DNA of 53,132 nucleotides from an uncultured Candidatus Saccharibacteria bacterium (GCA_964553285.1 CAZKKF010000002.1:1-53132); one strand, 5' to 3'; positions 9,208-18,420 are shown, counted from the first letter of the stretch. Notes: a model not told the origin generated them from the letters alone. A program made the numbers and translations.

Positions 9208-9654
9208 TTAGGATTTGACGGTACCTCCGGCGCTCAAAACAGATTCTTTGGCGGAAGCCGAAAGAGCGATACCCTTAACGGAAACCTTGGGAACTTCGCC
9301 CTGGCCGACTATCTTCACAAGCGGCAGTTTGCCGTTGCGGGACTCTATGATGCCGCGCGAAGCAAGAATGTTTAAGGTTACAATCTCACCATCTTTGAAA
9401 GCGGCGAGCCTCTTCACAGACACGGCAACGGCCTTCTCCCTGCTTCCCACAGTGGACTTGGCGCGATTTTTTCCGTAACCCCTCTTCTTGGGCAGGCGCT
9501 TTATGATGTCTCTTTCTTCCGGGCGCTTCTTCCTGCCGGCGCGCGCGTTCTGGCCTTTTGTACCGCGGCCGGAAGTCTTACCGCGGGTGCCGCCGCGACC
9601 CACTTGTACGGCTTTCATCCTTTTTGTCTTTCTTGAGAGAGTGTTTTTCTGCAT
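9208..9654 (-). CDS. rplO: 50S ribosomal protein L15
   Basis: GRGGTRGKTSGRGTKGQNARAG motif. Its start (9654) lies 5 nt downstream of the rpsE stop (9660). Confidence 0.9.
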   Translation of the reverse strand: MQKNTLSRKTKRMKAVQVGRGGTRGKTSGRGTKGQNARAGRKKRPEERDIIKRLPKKRGYGKNRAKSTVGSREKAVAVSVKRLAAFKDGEIVTLNILASRGIIESRNGKLPLVKIVGQGEVPKVSVKGIALSASAKESVLSAGGTVKS

Positions 9655-9659
9655 GGCTT

Positions 9660-10310
9660 TTATTTTATCTTGGTGTTGGAAAAACTCCCAAGCGCCTTGA
9701 TGGTAGCTTTGGCGATGTTTAGCGAGTTCTTGGAACCGGAAAGTATCTTGGCGTTAACCTCTTTCACTCCGGCAAGGTCAAGCACCGTTCTCACCGAGGA
9801 GCCGGCCAGTATTCCCTTTCCGGGGGCGGGCATCATTTTTATTCTGGCGCTTGAGTATTTTGACGTAATCTCGTGGGGAATACGCATAGACTTGGTAAGA
9901 TGCGCGGTAACGATATTTTTCTTGGCATTGCGAATGGCTTTCTCAATGGCAATGGGAGTATCGCTTGACTTGCCCTGACCAACGCCTACCATGCCTTTTC
10001 TGTTGCCGATTACTACAGTGGCCGAGAAAGAAAATCTGCGTCCTCCGGCAACGGTACGGGACACGCGGCGAATACCCACCAGCTTGTGATCAAACTCCGG
10101 CTTTACTCTGGGCTCTTTCCTTCCGCCTCCGGGACGGCCTCCTCTTCCGCGAGGCGCTCCTCTGCGGCCCCTGTCTCCGCCTCTGGGGTGAAACTTGTCT
10201 CCTGCGGGCTGGGCGGCCGGTGCGCCATTTTGCACGCCGGAAGGAGCGGGAGCCGCGGCTGCCGGAGTTTCAATTGGCTGATTTTCGATTTTTGTTTCCT
10301 CTGTAGTCAT
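9660..10310 (-). CDS. rpsE: 30S ribosomal protein S5 with RGG/Pro/Ala-rich N-terminal extension
   Basis: The core VGIRRVSRTVAGGRRFSFSATVVIGNRKGMVGVGQGKS matches S5. ATG 10310 was chosen because the longer track ORF overlaps rplR. Confidence 0.9.
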   Translation of the reverse strand: MTTEETKIENQPIETPAAAAPAPSGVQNGAPAAQPAGDKFHPRGGDRGRRGAPRGRGGRPGGGRKEPRVKPEFDHKLVGIRRVSRTVAGGRRFSFSATVVIGNRKGMVGVGQGKSSDTPIAIEKAIRNAKKNIVTAHLTKSMRIPHEITSKYSSARIKMMPAPGKGILAGSSVRTVLDLAGVKEVNAKILSGSKNSLNIAKATIKALGSFSNTKIK

Positions 10311-10314
10311 ATTT

Positions 10315-10668
10315 TTAGAAAGCGAGTCCTCCTTCGCGTGCACCCTCGGCAACTGCACGAATGCGTCCTGTATAAATAAATCCTCCCCTGTCAAAAACCG
10401 CCTTTGTAACGCCCTTCTCCTTGGCAACTGCGGCGATCTTTGCGCCCACGGCTTTTGCCCTCTCAACTTCGGTACCGGCTTTATCGCCGCGGGATGTGGC
10501 GGAAGCTATGGTCTTTTGGGCCGTATCATCTATAAGCTGGGCATTTGTATATCTGTTGGACTTGAAAACGGCCAGGCGCGGCTTATCGGCAGTCCCCTTT
10601 ACGGTAGACCTTATTCGCGCATGACGCCTTTTGCGGTGTTCTTTTTTTGTTTGTGTAACCGTTTTCAT
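10315..10668 (-). CDS. rplR: 50S ribosomal protein L18
   Basis: RHARIRSTVKGTADKPRLAVFKSNRYTNAQLIDD...FDRGGFIYTGRIRAVAEGAREGGL. Confidence 0.95.
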   Translation of the reverse strand: MKTVTQTKKEHRKRRHARIRSTVKGTADKPRLAVFKSNRYTNAQLIDDTAQKTIASATSRGDKAGTEVERAKAVGAKIAAVAKEKGVTKAVFDRGGFIYTGRIRAVAEGAREGGLAF

Positions 10669-10710
10669 GTCTGTTTCGTAAAACTACAGGATTTAAGCTT
10701 ATGAGGCAAG

Positions 10711-11244
10711 TTATGCCGATTTCTTGCCCTGCTTAATCTTGATAACCTCACCCTCGTATCTCAAGCCCTTTCCTTTGTAAGGCTCCGGCTCCTTGAGGGC
10801 TCTCACCTTGGCCGCAAAAGCGCCCACATCTTCTTTGTTGATGCCGGAGATCGTGATTACGTTCTTCTCAACCGTTACAGACAGGCCCTGGGGCACCTTA
10901 ACCTCCACAGGATGAGAAAAGCCCAAAGCAAAAACCAAAGTGTCGCCCTTGAGCTCGGACTTGTATCCGATACCTTCGAGCATAAGCTTTTTTTCAAATT
11001 TGGTGTTTACGCCGGATACCATATTGCGCACATGAGCCGCTACGGTGCCGATCATGGCTTTGGTTTCAAGAGTTTTTTTTCTGGCCTCAAAAGAGACGTG
11101 GCCGTCCGCCACCTCGACACCTATGGTATTGGGAAAAGAGCGCGATAAATCGCCGTGAGGGCCTTTCACAGACACCGTAGTGCCTTCAACCGATACGGTT
11201 GTGCCTTGTGGTATATCTACTCCTTTTTTAGCTAGTCTTGACAT
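10711..11244 (-). CDS. rplF: 50S ribosomal protein L6
   Basis: MSRLAKKGVDIPQGTTVSV...PEPYKGKGLRYEGE. Confidence 0.95.
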   Translation of the reverse strand: MSRLAKKGVDIPQGTTVSVEGTTVSVKGPHGDLSRSFPNTIGVEVADGHVSFEARKKTLETKAMIGTVAAHVRNMVSGVNTKFEKKLMLEGIGYKSELKGDTLVFALGFSHPVEVKVPQGLSVTVEKNVITISGINKEDVGAFAAKVRALKEPEPYKGKGLRYEGEVIKIKQGKKSA

Positions 11245-11256
11245 GTTTTTAATTCA

Positions 11257-11646
11257 CTACCACATAACGAAAAGCGCTTCGCCGCCGACACCCTCTTTCC
11301 TGGCGGTAATGTCGGTCATAACTCCCTTGGGGGTGGACAAGACCATGATGCCGTAGCCGTTCTTGATTGGGCGCAATTCCTTAACGCCCTTGTATACGCG
11401 CCTTGAGAGCTTTGAAACTCTGTCCGAGCCCTGTATGCGGGGGCGGTTGTTTTCGTACTTAATGCCAACCTCTATATACTTCTCCACCTTTTTGCCCTTC
11501 TTCTCCACGGAAGAAACAAAACCTTCCTTCTCAAGCAAGCCGAGTATCTCCTCCATAAATGCGGAAAAAGGCACCTCTACCGTCTCCTTTTTGACGGCCT
11601 GGGCGGTGCGAATCCTATTTAGCATGTCTGATATTGGATCGGTCAT
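11257..11646 (-). CDS. rpsH: 30S ribosomal protein S8
   Basis: MTDPISDMLNRIRTAQAVKKETVEVPFS. Internal ATG 11646 chosen. Confidence 0.95.
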   Translation of the reverse strand: MTDPISDMLNRIRTAQAVKKETVEVPFSAFMEEILGLLEKEGFVSSVEKKGKKVEKYIEVGIKYENNRPRIQGSDRVSKLSRRVYKGVKELRPIKNGYGIMVLSTPKGVMTDITARKEGVGGEALFVMW

Positions 11647-11650
11647 TTTT

Positions 11651-11836
11651 TTACCAGGAGGACTTCTTAACGCCGGGTACTTTGCCCTGATTGGCAAGTT
11701 CCCTGAAGCAAATGCGGCACAGTTCAAAATCTCTCATATAGCCGCGCTTCCTGCCGCACTTGAAGCAACGTCGAACTACCCTCGTTGAAAATTTGGGTTT
11801 CTTAAGTGATCTTGCTATGACTGATGTTTTTGCCAT
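11651..11836 (-). CDS. rpsN: 30S ribosomal protein S14, zinc-binding type Z (61 aa)
   Basis: [38 protein letters not shown] with the CxxC...CxxC pattern. Confidence 0.95.
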   Translation of the reverse strand: MAKTSVIARSLKKPKFSTRVVRRCFKCGRKRGYMRDFELCRICFRELANQGKVPGVKKSSW

Positions 11837-11959
11837 TTTATCTTAAATCTCTCTCCCCTTCTGCCCGGGGCAAATGCCCTCAGACAAACAAAAAAGCCCT
11901 AAAAAGCTTTCGCTTCAGACTACCAAGTAAGGCACCGTATGTCAATCACTCCCTAAGGC

Positions 11960-12493
11960 CTATTTCTTGAACGGAAAGCCCAGGTAGTCCAAGAACGCCT
12001 CAAGCTCCTTTTTGGACTTGGCGGTGGTAACTATGGTGATAGCAAGGCCAAAAACGTCCTTGAGCTCCTCGTCAGAAGTCTCCGGGAAGATGGTGTGCTC
12101 CTTGATACCGATAGTTATATTGCCCATTTCGTCCATGGCGGTCCTCGATATACCGCGGAAGTCCTTGGTGCGCGGAAGGGAGATATTGAGCAACTTGTCC
12201 AGGAAGTCATACATCCTGGGGCCCCTCAATACCGCCTGCAATCCCACCACATCTCCCTGCCTCACCTTGAAAGAAGCCACAGACTGCTTGGCTCCTTTCC
12301 TTGCAGGCCTCTGGCCGGTGATGCGGGCAACCCTGTCGGCGGCAAGGTCAACTTTGTTCTTATCCTTGAAAGAGCCCACTCCGGCGGAAACCACCACTTT
12401 GGTAATGCGGGGCGCCTGCATGGGGTTCTTATAGCCCATGGAATCTTTCATGGACTTAAAGGCTTCTTTTACTTTTTGGTTTACTGTCTGCAT
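11960..12493 (-). CDS. rplE: 50S ribosomal protein L5
   Basis: APRITKVVVSAGVG...RGISRTAMDEMGNITIGIKEHTIFPE. Confidence 0.95.
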   Translation of the reverse strand: MQTVNQKVKEAFKSMKDSMGYKNPMQAPRITKVVVSAGVGSFKDKNKVDLAADRVARITGQRPARKGAKQSVASFKVRQGDVVGLQAVLRGPRMYDFLDKLLNISLPRTKDFRGISRTAMDEMGNITIGIKEHTIFPETSDEELKDVFGLAITIVTTAKSKKELEAFLDYLGFPFKK

Positions 12494-12508
12494 GGCTTTT
12501 GTTGAAAA

Positions 12509-12817
12509 TTATGAGATCTTGGCACCGCTCTTTGCGGCAACCCTCAGCTTCTTGCCCCCTTCTCTCACAAAGCGAACGCGCGTAGGTTTCTTGGTCTTGG
12601 GGTCTGCGATCATGACGTTTGAAACGTCAAACGGAGCGGCCTTCTCTACCACCTGGCCCTTGGTATTGGCCTTGCCTTTGCGCTGATGCACTTTCTTCAT
12701 ATTGACTCCTTCCACCAAAACTTTTCCGAGACGCGGAAAAGCGCGCACCACGGTAGAGGTTTTTCCTTTGTCCTTACCGGACATCACTATGACTGTGTCT
12801 CCTTTCTTGATTTTCAT
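12509..12817 (-). CDS. rplX: 50S ribosomal protein L24
   Basis: MKIKKGDTVIVMSGKDKGKTSTVV (KOW motif). Confidence 0.95.
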   Translation of the reverse strand: MKIKKGDTVIVMSGKDKGKTSTVVRAFPRLGKVLVEGVNMKKVHQRKGKANTKGQVVEKAAPFDVSNVMIADPKTKKPTRVRFVREGGKKLRVAAKSGAKIS

Positions 12818-12822
12818 GATAT

Positions 12823-13194
12823 TTATACGACTTCGGGCGCCAGGGAAATTATCTTCTGGTATCCCTTCTCGGCCAGTTCGCGGGGAATGGGACCGAACAC
12901 GCGGCCCGCTATCGGCTCCTGCTTGCCTTTTTCTATGATGACCACGGCATTTTCGTCAAAGCGAATATACGAACCGTCGGCGCGGCGGGTGGGAGCCTTG
13001 GAGCGAGCCACCACAGCATAAAGAACGTCTTTTTTCTTGACCTGCTTGCGGGGCTCGGCTTTCTGCACCGAGAGCACCACGATATCGCCTATGCGGGCAT
13101 AGCGCTTCTTTGAGGAGCCGAGCACCTTGAAGATGCGGCCAATCTTGCCGCCGGAGTTGTCTGCTATTTTTACTATGGATCTTGGCTGTATCAT
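12823..13194 (-). CDS. rplN: 50S ribosomal protein L14
   Basis: MIQPRSIVKIADNSGGK...IRFDENAVVII. Confidence 0.97.
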   Translation of the reverse strand: MIQPRSIVKIADNSGGKIGRIFKVLGSSKKRYARIGDIVVLSVQKAEPRKQVKKKDVLYAVVARSKAPTRRADGSYIRFDENAVVIIEKGKQEPIAGRVFGPIPRELAEKGYQKIISLAPEVV

Positions 13195-13203
13195 GTTTTT
13201 GTA

Positions 13204-13503
13204 TTATGCGACCACCACGAAGTGCTTGTCTTTGGAAATCGGTCTGCTCTCCGCTATCTCCACCTTGTCTCCTATGGCTCTGGTGTTGCCGGCATCATGC
13301 GCTTTGTACTTCTTGCTGCGCATCACATACTTGCCCACGCGAGGATGTTTCTTGTAAGAAGTAACTTCCACCACCACCGTGTCTTTCATCTTGTTTGAAA
13401 CAACCGTGCCCTTGAGCACTCTGCCTGCGGCATAGGAGGTTACGGCCCCGTCAGAGGACTTTGTATCGGTATCTTTATCTTTTTTGGAAAATGGATTTTT
13501 CAT
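13204..13503 (-). CDS. rpsQ: 30S ribosomal protein S17
   Basis: [39 protein letters not shown]. Confidence 0.9.
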   Translation of the reverse strand: MKNPFSKKDKDTDTKSSDGAVTSYAAGRVLKGTVVSNKMKDTVVVEVTSYKKHPRVGKYVMRSKKYKAHDAGNTRAIGDKVEIAESRPISKDKHFVVVA

Positions 13504-13508
13504 TGTTT

Positions 13509-13700
13509 TTATTTTGTCTTGCCGATTCTTGCGGAAAGTTCTGTCAGCATGCGGGCTATCTCGCGGCGGTAAGCCCTGCCCTCGCGCACATTGCGGGTCT
13601 TAGAGCCGGAAACGCCAAATCGAAACTGACGGAGAAGTTCTCTCTTCTCTTTCACCTCGTTGCGGATATCCGCATCTGTTTTTTCTTTGTATGAAGACAT
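13509..13700 (-). CDS. rpmC: 50S ribosomal protein L29
   Basis: 63 aa, [31 protein letters not shown], and conserved position. Confidence 0.9.
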   Translation of the reverse strand: MSSYKEKTDADIRNEVKEKRELLRQFRFGVSGSKTRNVREGRAYRREIARMLTELSARIGKTK

Positions 13701-13706
13701 AAAAGT

Positions 13707-14126
13707 TTATACCCTGGCCACGACCTTGACCTTCACCGGAAGCTTGGTGCCGCCCTTTCTCAAGGCTTCGCGAGCCACAGCCTCCTCAACGCCGTCCACC
13801 TCAAAAAGCACGCGGCCGGCCCTGACAGGCGCCTGATAGCCTGAAAGTTCGCCCTTTCCCTTACCCATTTTCACCTCGGCGGGTTTCTGAGTATAAGGCA
13901 TGTCCGGGAAAATGCGAATCCATACCTTGCCGGTCTTGCCAACCGTTCTTGAAATGGCCTTTCTTGCCGCTTCTATCTGGTTTGAGCGTATGCGTCCCGG
14001 CTCCATTGCCTTAAGGCCGAATGAACCGAAAGAAACAGCAACGCCACGAGTGGCCGGGCCGACTTTTTTCGGATTTTTGCGCATGGTATGCCACTTTCTG
14101 AATTTTACTTTTTTTGGATACAACAT
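13707..14126 (-). CDS. rplP: 50S ribosomal protein L16
   Basis: MLYPKKVKFRKWH...IRIFPDMPYTQKPAEVKMGKGKG. Confidence 0.97.
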   Translation of the reverse strand: MLYPKKVKFRKWHTMRKNPKKVGPATRGVAVSFGSFGLKAMEPGRIRSNQIEAARKAISRTVGKTGKVWIRIFPDMPYTQKPAEVKMGKGKGELSGYQAPVRAGRVLFEVDGVEEAVAREALRKGGTKLPVKVKVVARV

Positions 14127-14132
14127 GGCGGT

Positions 14133-14801
14133 TTATCTGGCGGCCTCATCACCGAATATATCTCCGCGATATATCCAGACCTTAACTCCGATATGGCCGT
14201 AAGGAAGCTTGGCTTCATAGTGGCAATAATCCACATCGGCCCTCAGGGTCTGCAAAGGAATTCTTCCAAGCTTGCGAGTCTCAGAGCGGGCAATGCTTGA
14301 GCCGGCCAGGCGGCCTCCCAAGACTATCTTTACACCCTTAACGTCTCTGTTTGCCATCACTTTCTCAACCATCTGCTTCTGTACGCGGCGGTACGGCAGT
14401 CGCTTTTCCAAGCCTTCCGCCACCATCTGCGCCACGATAGCCGCATTGGCTTCAGGCGACCTTACCTCCCTGACATCAAGCTTCACCTCCTCGTTTGAAA
14501 TAAGGTTGTTTGCCTTTAGGAGCTTTATGATCTCATCGCGGAGCTTGGTCTGCCCGTCTCCCTGCCTGCCGATGATAAGACCCGGCCTCGAGGTCTCTAT
14601 GATTATGCGCAAAGTCTTCTCGCTCCTTTCTATATCTATAGAAGCAACGTACTGGCCGCGAAGCTTTTTCTCAAGAAAACTGCGAACGATTACATCGCTC
14701 TTCAAAAAAGAGGCGTATCTTCCCTTGGTGCCAAACCAGCGCGACTTCCAGTCGCGGATAATGCCAAGGCGGTGTGAATATGGATGGACTGTGTGTGACA
14801 T
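14133..14801 (-). CDS. rpsC: 30S ribosomal protein S3
   Basis: HTVHPYSHRLGIIRDWKSRWF...GGRLAGSSIARSE. Confidence 0.97.
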   Translation of the reverse strand: MSHTVHPYSHRLGIIRDWKSRWFGTKGRYASFLKSDVIVRSFLEKKLRGQYVASIDIERSEKTLRIIIETSRPGLIIGRQGDGQTKLRDEIIKLLKANNLISNEEVKLDVREVRSPEANAAIVAQMVAEGLEKRLPYRRVQKQMVEKVMANRDVKGVKIVLGGRLAGSSIARSETRKLGRIPLQTLRADVDYCHYEAKLPYGHIGVKVWIYRGDIFGDEAAR

Positions 14802-14807
14802 GTTTGT

Positions 14808-15212
14808 TTATTTGGAATCTTCGGCCTTTTCAGTCTTTTCGGCAGGCTTTTCTTTCTTTACCCGAACGCGCTTGTTGGGCCTTCCCTCCTCCAAAACCAC
14901 CGTAACGTGGCTTCGGCGCAGGCGTACGGGGTGAGCAGAACCTCTGGATGCCGGCTGACTGCGATAAAGAGTGGTGGCCTTATCAACCCTTATATCCTTC
15001 ACCACAAGATTATCCTCGGACAGGCCTTTGTTTTTGGCATTGGCGGCGGCTGAGGAGATGAGCTTCTTTATGGGGTGAGAAGGCCTCTTTACGGTAAAAG
15101 TAAGCATATCCATGGCATCGGATACGGACTTGCCTTTGACCAAATCTGCAACGCGGCGCGTCTTGCGAGGCGACTGGCCGTAATCTGAGAGTTTTGCTTT
15201 TACTTGTGTCAT
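14808..15212 (-). CDS. rplV: 50S ribosomal protein L22 (K/E-rich C-terminal tail)
   Basis: SPRKTRRVADLVKGKSVSDAMDML.F, and conserved position. Confidence 0.93.
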   Translation of the reverse strand: MTQVKAKLSDYGQSPRKTRRVADLVKGKSVSDAMDMLTFTVKRPSHPIKKLISSAAANAKNKGLSEDNLVVKDIRVDKATTLYRSQPASRGSAHPVRLRRSHVTVVLEEGRPNKRVRVKKEKPAEKTEKAEDSK

Positions 15213-15244
15213 TGGATTATTCCGAAAGAGTTTTCAAAATGGGC

Positions 15245-15586
15245 CTATTTCTTGGCCGCGGGCGATGCCTTGGCCGCCTGCGCCGCCGCTATCTCAGACT
15301 CTTTCTTCTTTGTCTCAAGCTCCTTTTGCATCTTACCGCCGTGGCGCACGAACTTCCTGGTCGGAGAAAACTCCCCCAGGCGGTGGCCCACCATATCTTC
15401 AGTCACGAATACTTCGAGGTGGCTGCGGCCGTTATGTACGCCAAAGGTAAAACCCACCATTTCCGGGGAGATTTGGCTTGCGCGCGCCCAGGTCTTTACA
15501 ATACCGACCTGATCGGGCTTTTTCCCCTCAATCTTCTTGAGGAGCTTTTCGTCTACATATGGGCCTTTGTGGGATGATCTCGTCAT
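15245..15586 (-). CDS. rpsS: 30S ribosomal protein S19 (K/A-rich C-terminal tail)
   Basis: [19 protein letters not shown]...[33 protein letters not shown] 15586 chosen. Confidence 0.95.
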   Translation of the reverse strand: MTRSSHKGPYVDEKLLKKIEGKKPDQVGIVKTWARASQISPEMVGFTFGVHNGRSHLEVFVTEDMVGHRLGEFSPTRKFVRHGGKMQKELETKKKESEIAAAQAAKASPAAKK

Positions 15587-15623
15587 AAGAAACAAAGAAG
15601 CTCTAAACAGAGCTCAGGCAAAG

Positions 15624-15652
15624 ATTCTATCCGAAGATGCTCCCAGTGTCAA
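15624..15652 (-). promoter_or_regulatory. consensus sigma-70-type promoter directly upstream of rpsS
   Basis: Minus strand: TTGACA(15652-15647)-N17-TAGAAT(15629-15624). Confidence 0.55.
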
Positions 15653-15715
15653 ACACACCGGCCGGAAGCCGTAAAATCAGGCCTATATTACGCTCGCGTC
15701 CGAAGAAGCTCCGGT

Positions 15716-16246
15716 TTAGGAATTGCGGTTGATAGTAATAATAACTTCCCTCTTGAGCGACTCGTCCTCCCTGACGGAAATAACCACTGATTCGACCGAA
15801 GAACCAATATGTCTTTCAGCGAATATCCTGGCCTGATCACCGGCGGTAGAGGCAGTGCTGGTTTTTACCTCGTAACCGTTTTGCCTCAAATGCTCAAGAT
15901 AGGCCTGGAAAAGATCGTTTATGGGCGATCGGGTCTTGTATACGGCAACAAACAGATCGGTTGACTGACCATTTCTGTGTGCGGCTACGGCGTGATGAGA
16001 GCGGGTTATCTCTGCGTCGTTTGTCAAAATAAAACCCCGGCTGAAGCCAGCCACTGTTTCTCCCTCGGGAGCGCTTGTCTGTATCTTTACCGGAGAGGAG
16101 CCGGGCGTGAACTTTGCCCACCAAAAACCCAAGGCCGCCAAAAGAAGGAGGGCCAAAATACCGATAATAATCTTGGTGTTTTTGTTGCCTCCCTGATCGG
16201 TTCCGACCGGAACAGAACGACCCATGTTCATATTTTCTGCGCTCAT
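15716..16246 (-). CDS. hypothetical membrane-anchored protein inserted between rplB and rpsS
   Basis: ORF 15716-16339. The likely start is MSAENMNMGRS (16246). One TM helix (IIIGILALLLLAALGFWWAKF) is followed by a ~130-aa soluble domain with no motif I recognise. Confidence 0.55.
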   Translation of the reverse strand: MSAENMNMGRSVPVGTDQGGNKNTKIIIGILALLLLAALGFWWAKFTPGSSPVKIQTSAPEGETVAGFSRGFILTNDAEITRSHHAVAAHRNGQSTDLFVAVYKTRSPINDLFQAYLEHLRQNGYEVKTSTASTAGDQARIFAERHIGSSVESVVISVREDESLKREVIITINRNS

Positions 16247-16356
16247 ATTTTTTATTTTAATTGTTCTTATTTGCCGCACGACCCGAAGAACTGTACGTAC
16301 ATCTAGTGTAACACCAAATAACCATATGCAAATCCACAATCCACAGATTTGATTTC

Positions 16357-16393
16357 ACCTAAAACAAATACGCAAGTTGCCTTGCGTATTTGT
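16357..16393 (-). terminator. strong intrinsic terminator immediately after rplB
   Basis: Perfect 13-bp stem ACAAATACGCAAG-gcaa-CTTGCGTATTTGT (16393-16364 on the minus strand) followed by TTTT. Confidence 0.7.
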
Positions 16394-16438
16394 GTCAGCC
16401 CAAACTACAGCTGTATTTTATTCTTAGGAGGACGAAAA

Positions 16439-17284
16439 TTATTTCCTCTTCTTGCCTACAGAGCGGCGGCGCACAATGAGAACGTTTGAGTATTTCTTGC
16501 TTCGGCGGGATTTCTGGCCTTTGCCGGTGGGCTTGCCGTAGATACTTCTTGCCCTCCTGTGTCCTCTGCCGGAGCGGCCTTCTCCACCTCCGTGAGGGTG
16601 GTCTACAGGGTTCATAGCAGAACCGCGCACCGTAGGCCTTATACCAAGCCATCTGGAACGGCCGGCTTTGCCGATATTTGTAAGTCTGCTTTCCGGATTT
16701 GAAACCTCACCTACGGAAGCAAAGCACATTCTGTGTACTTTGCGCACTTCGGAGGAAGGAAGCTTTATGTGCACATAATCACCGTCCTTGGCGATGACTT
16801 CGGCATATCCGCCTGCAGAACGCGCAATCTTTGCGCCGCCTTTGGGCTTTACTTCTATGTTGTAAACAAAAGTACCAACGGTTACGTTTGCAAGAGGAAG
16901 CCTGTTGCCCGGAGTTTCCGGTGCATCCGGAGAAGTAAGATAGGTGTCCCCCACTCTGGCGGTATTTGGAAGAAGAATGTATCTCTTCTCGCCGTCCTTG
17001 TATGCCACCAATCCGATGAAGCCGGAGCGATTGGGATCGTACTCAACGGTCTTTACAGTGTAAGGCACGCCGATTTTGTCGTATGAAAAGTCCACATCGC
17101 GGAAGCGCCTCTTGTGTCCACCGCCTTTGTGGCGAGTGGTAATACGGCCGTGATGGTTTCTTCCAACAAACCTCTTTCCGCCTTTGGTAAGCGATTTCTC
17201 AGGCTTGGATGATGTCAAAACACCCTTGTACGATACAACGGTTATGTGTCTGCGGGATGGTGTGGTGGGCTTGAATCTTTTCAT
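16439..17284 (-). CDS. rplB: 50S ribosomal protein L2
   Basis: GRNHHGRITTRHKGGGHKR...MNPVDHPHGGGEGR. Confidence 0.97.
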   Translation of the reverse strand: MKRFKPTTPSRRHITVVSYKGVLTSSKPEKSLTKGGKRFVGRNHHGRITTRHKGGGHKRRFRDVDFSYDKIGVPYTVKTVEYDPNRSGFIGLVAYKDGEKRYILLPNTARVGDTYLTSPDAPETPGNRLPLANVTVGTFVYNIEVKPKGGAKIARSAGGYAEVIAKDGDYVHIKLPSSEVRKVHRMCFASVGEVSNPESRLTNIGKAGRSRWLGIRPTVRGSAMNPVDHPHGGGEGRSGRGHRRARSIYGKPTGKGQKSRRSKKYSNVLIVRRRSVGKKRK

Positions 17285-17291
17285 GGCTGTT

Positions 17292-17663
17292 TTATGAAAG
17301 CTGTATAGTATCGCCTTTCTTGAGAGTTACATAGGCCTTCTTGCCGCCGGATGTAACACCCCTCTTTCCGCGTACCGTAACTTTCTTGCTCGGTATGCGC
17401 ACTGTGCGCACATCCTGCGGAGTTACTTTGTACAAAGCCTCAATGGATCGGGACACATCTCTCGAAGAAGCATCCGGATGAATATTGAAAACGTAGGTAT
17501 TTTTATTTTCGGCAACAAAAGAAGCCTTCTCGGTAATGCGCGGAGAAATTATTATTTTTCTGGAACGCAGTGCGCCCAAAGAAGCCTTGGGAGAAAAGGT
17601 TTTTACTTTGGGAGCAGAGTCCGCCGGAGCTTTCTTTTTGTTTTTTTGTGAGAAAATAGCCAT
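17292..17663 (-). CDS. rplW: 50S ribosomal protein L23 (N-terminal extension)
   Basis: IISPRITEKASFVAENKNTYVFNIHPDASSRDVSRSIEALYKV, and conserved position. Confidence 0.9.
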   Translation of the reverse strand: MAIFSQKNKKKAPADSAPKVKTFSPKASLGALRSRKIIISPRITEKASFVAENKNTYVFNIHPDASSRDVSRSIEALYKVTPQDVRTVRIPSKKVTVRGKRGVTSGGKKAYVTLKKGDTIQLS

Positions 17664-17671
17664 GATGGTTT

Positions 17672-18415
17672 TTATGCTTTCTTTGCTTTAGCCTTGGCGG
17701 TTTTTTTGACCGGCTTCAATTTTTTGGCAACAGGCTCTTTACCTGCATCTTTTCTGTTTGAAACCTTGCCGGAAAGAAAGGCCAAAGACTCGTCCGGATT
17801 TACCAGCACCAAATACTTGTATTTCAAAACATTTACCGGGTCAAGGCTTCTGGTCTCGGTGAGCGAGATAGATCCTATGTTGCGGAGACCGCGTTCGGAC
17901 GAATCGCTCTTCTTGCCGAAAGCAATGTAAGCGGCATTGTTGCGGCGGGTGGAAAGCTCCGGAAGAGCCGCGCCCTTGGCCACATCGCGGAGAGCGGCAA
18001 TGCCAAGTTTGGTCTTTCCGGAAACTTCAAAAGATTCCACAAACACCACCTTGCCGTCTTTCCACTTGCGGGATATTAGAGACGCCAAAGCCGCGGCCTT
18101 CATCTTCTTGTTTACCTTGCGCAGGTAGTTTTTCTCATTTCTTGGGCCGTGAGTAACGCCTCCGCCAACCCATATGGGCGAACGGCGAGAACCATGACGA
18201 GCACGTCCTGTTCCCTTCTGCTTCCAGGGCTTTTTGCCGCCTCCTGAAACCTCACCGCGGTTCTTGGTATGAGCTATGGGGCTTCGGGCGGAGCTTTCCA
18301 TGGAAGTTACCACCTGATGCACCATGTCCGCGTTGAAGCGCGCGCCAAACACACGCTCCGGCAGAGAGATAGTGCGAGAAACTTTTCCTTCAGATGTATA
18401 TACGACTGCTTCCAT
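17672..18415 (-). CDS. rplD: 50S ribosomal protein L4 (K/A-rich C-terminal tail)
   Basis: NRGEVSGGGKKPWKQKGTGRARHGSRRSPIWVGGGVTHGP. Confidence 0.95.
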   Translation of the reverse strand: MEAVVYTSEGKVSRTISLPERVFGARFNADMVHQVVTSMESSARSPIAHTKNRGEVSGGGKKPWKQKGTGRARHGSRRSPIWVGGGVTHGPRNEKNYLRKVNKKMKAAALASLISRKWKDGKVVFVESFEVSGKTKLGIAALRDVAKGAALPELSTRRNNAAYIAFGKKSDSSERGLRNIGSISLTETRSLDPVNVLKYKYLVLVNPDESLAFLSGKVSNRKDAGKEPVAKKLKPVKKTAKAKAKKA

Positions 18416-18420
18416 GTTTT

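Noticed and set aside
9660-10466. 268-aa version of S5 from the ORF track (similarly the long versions of S8, L3, L35, S19 and L28)
   Set aside because: The upstream extensions overlap the preceding gene and are Arg/Leu-rich junk. Internal ATGs give canonical N-termini with tight operon spacing.
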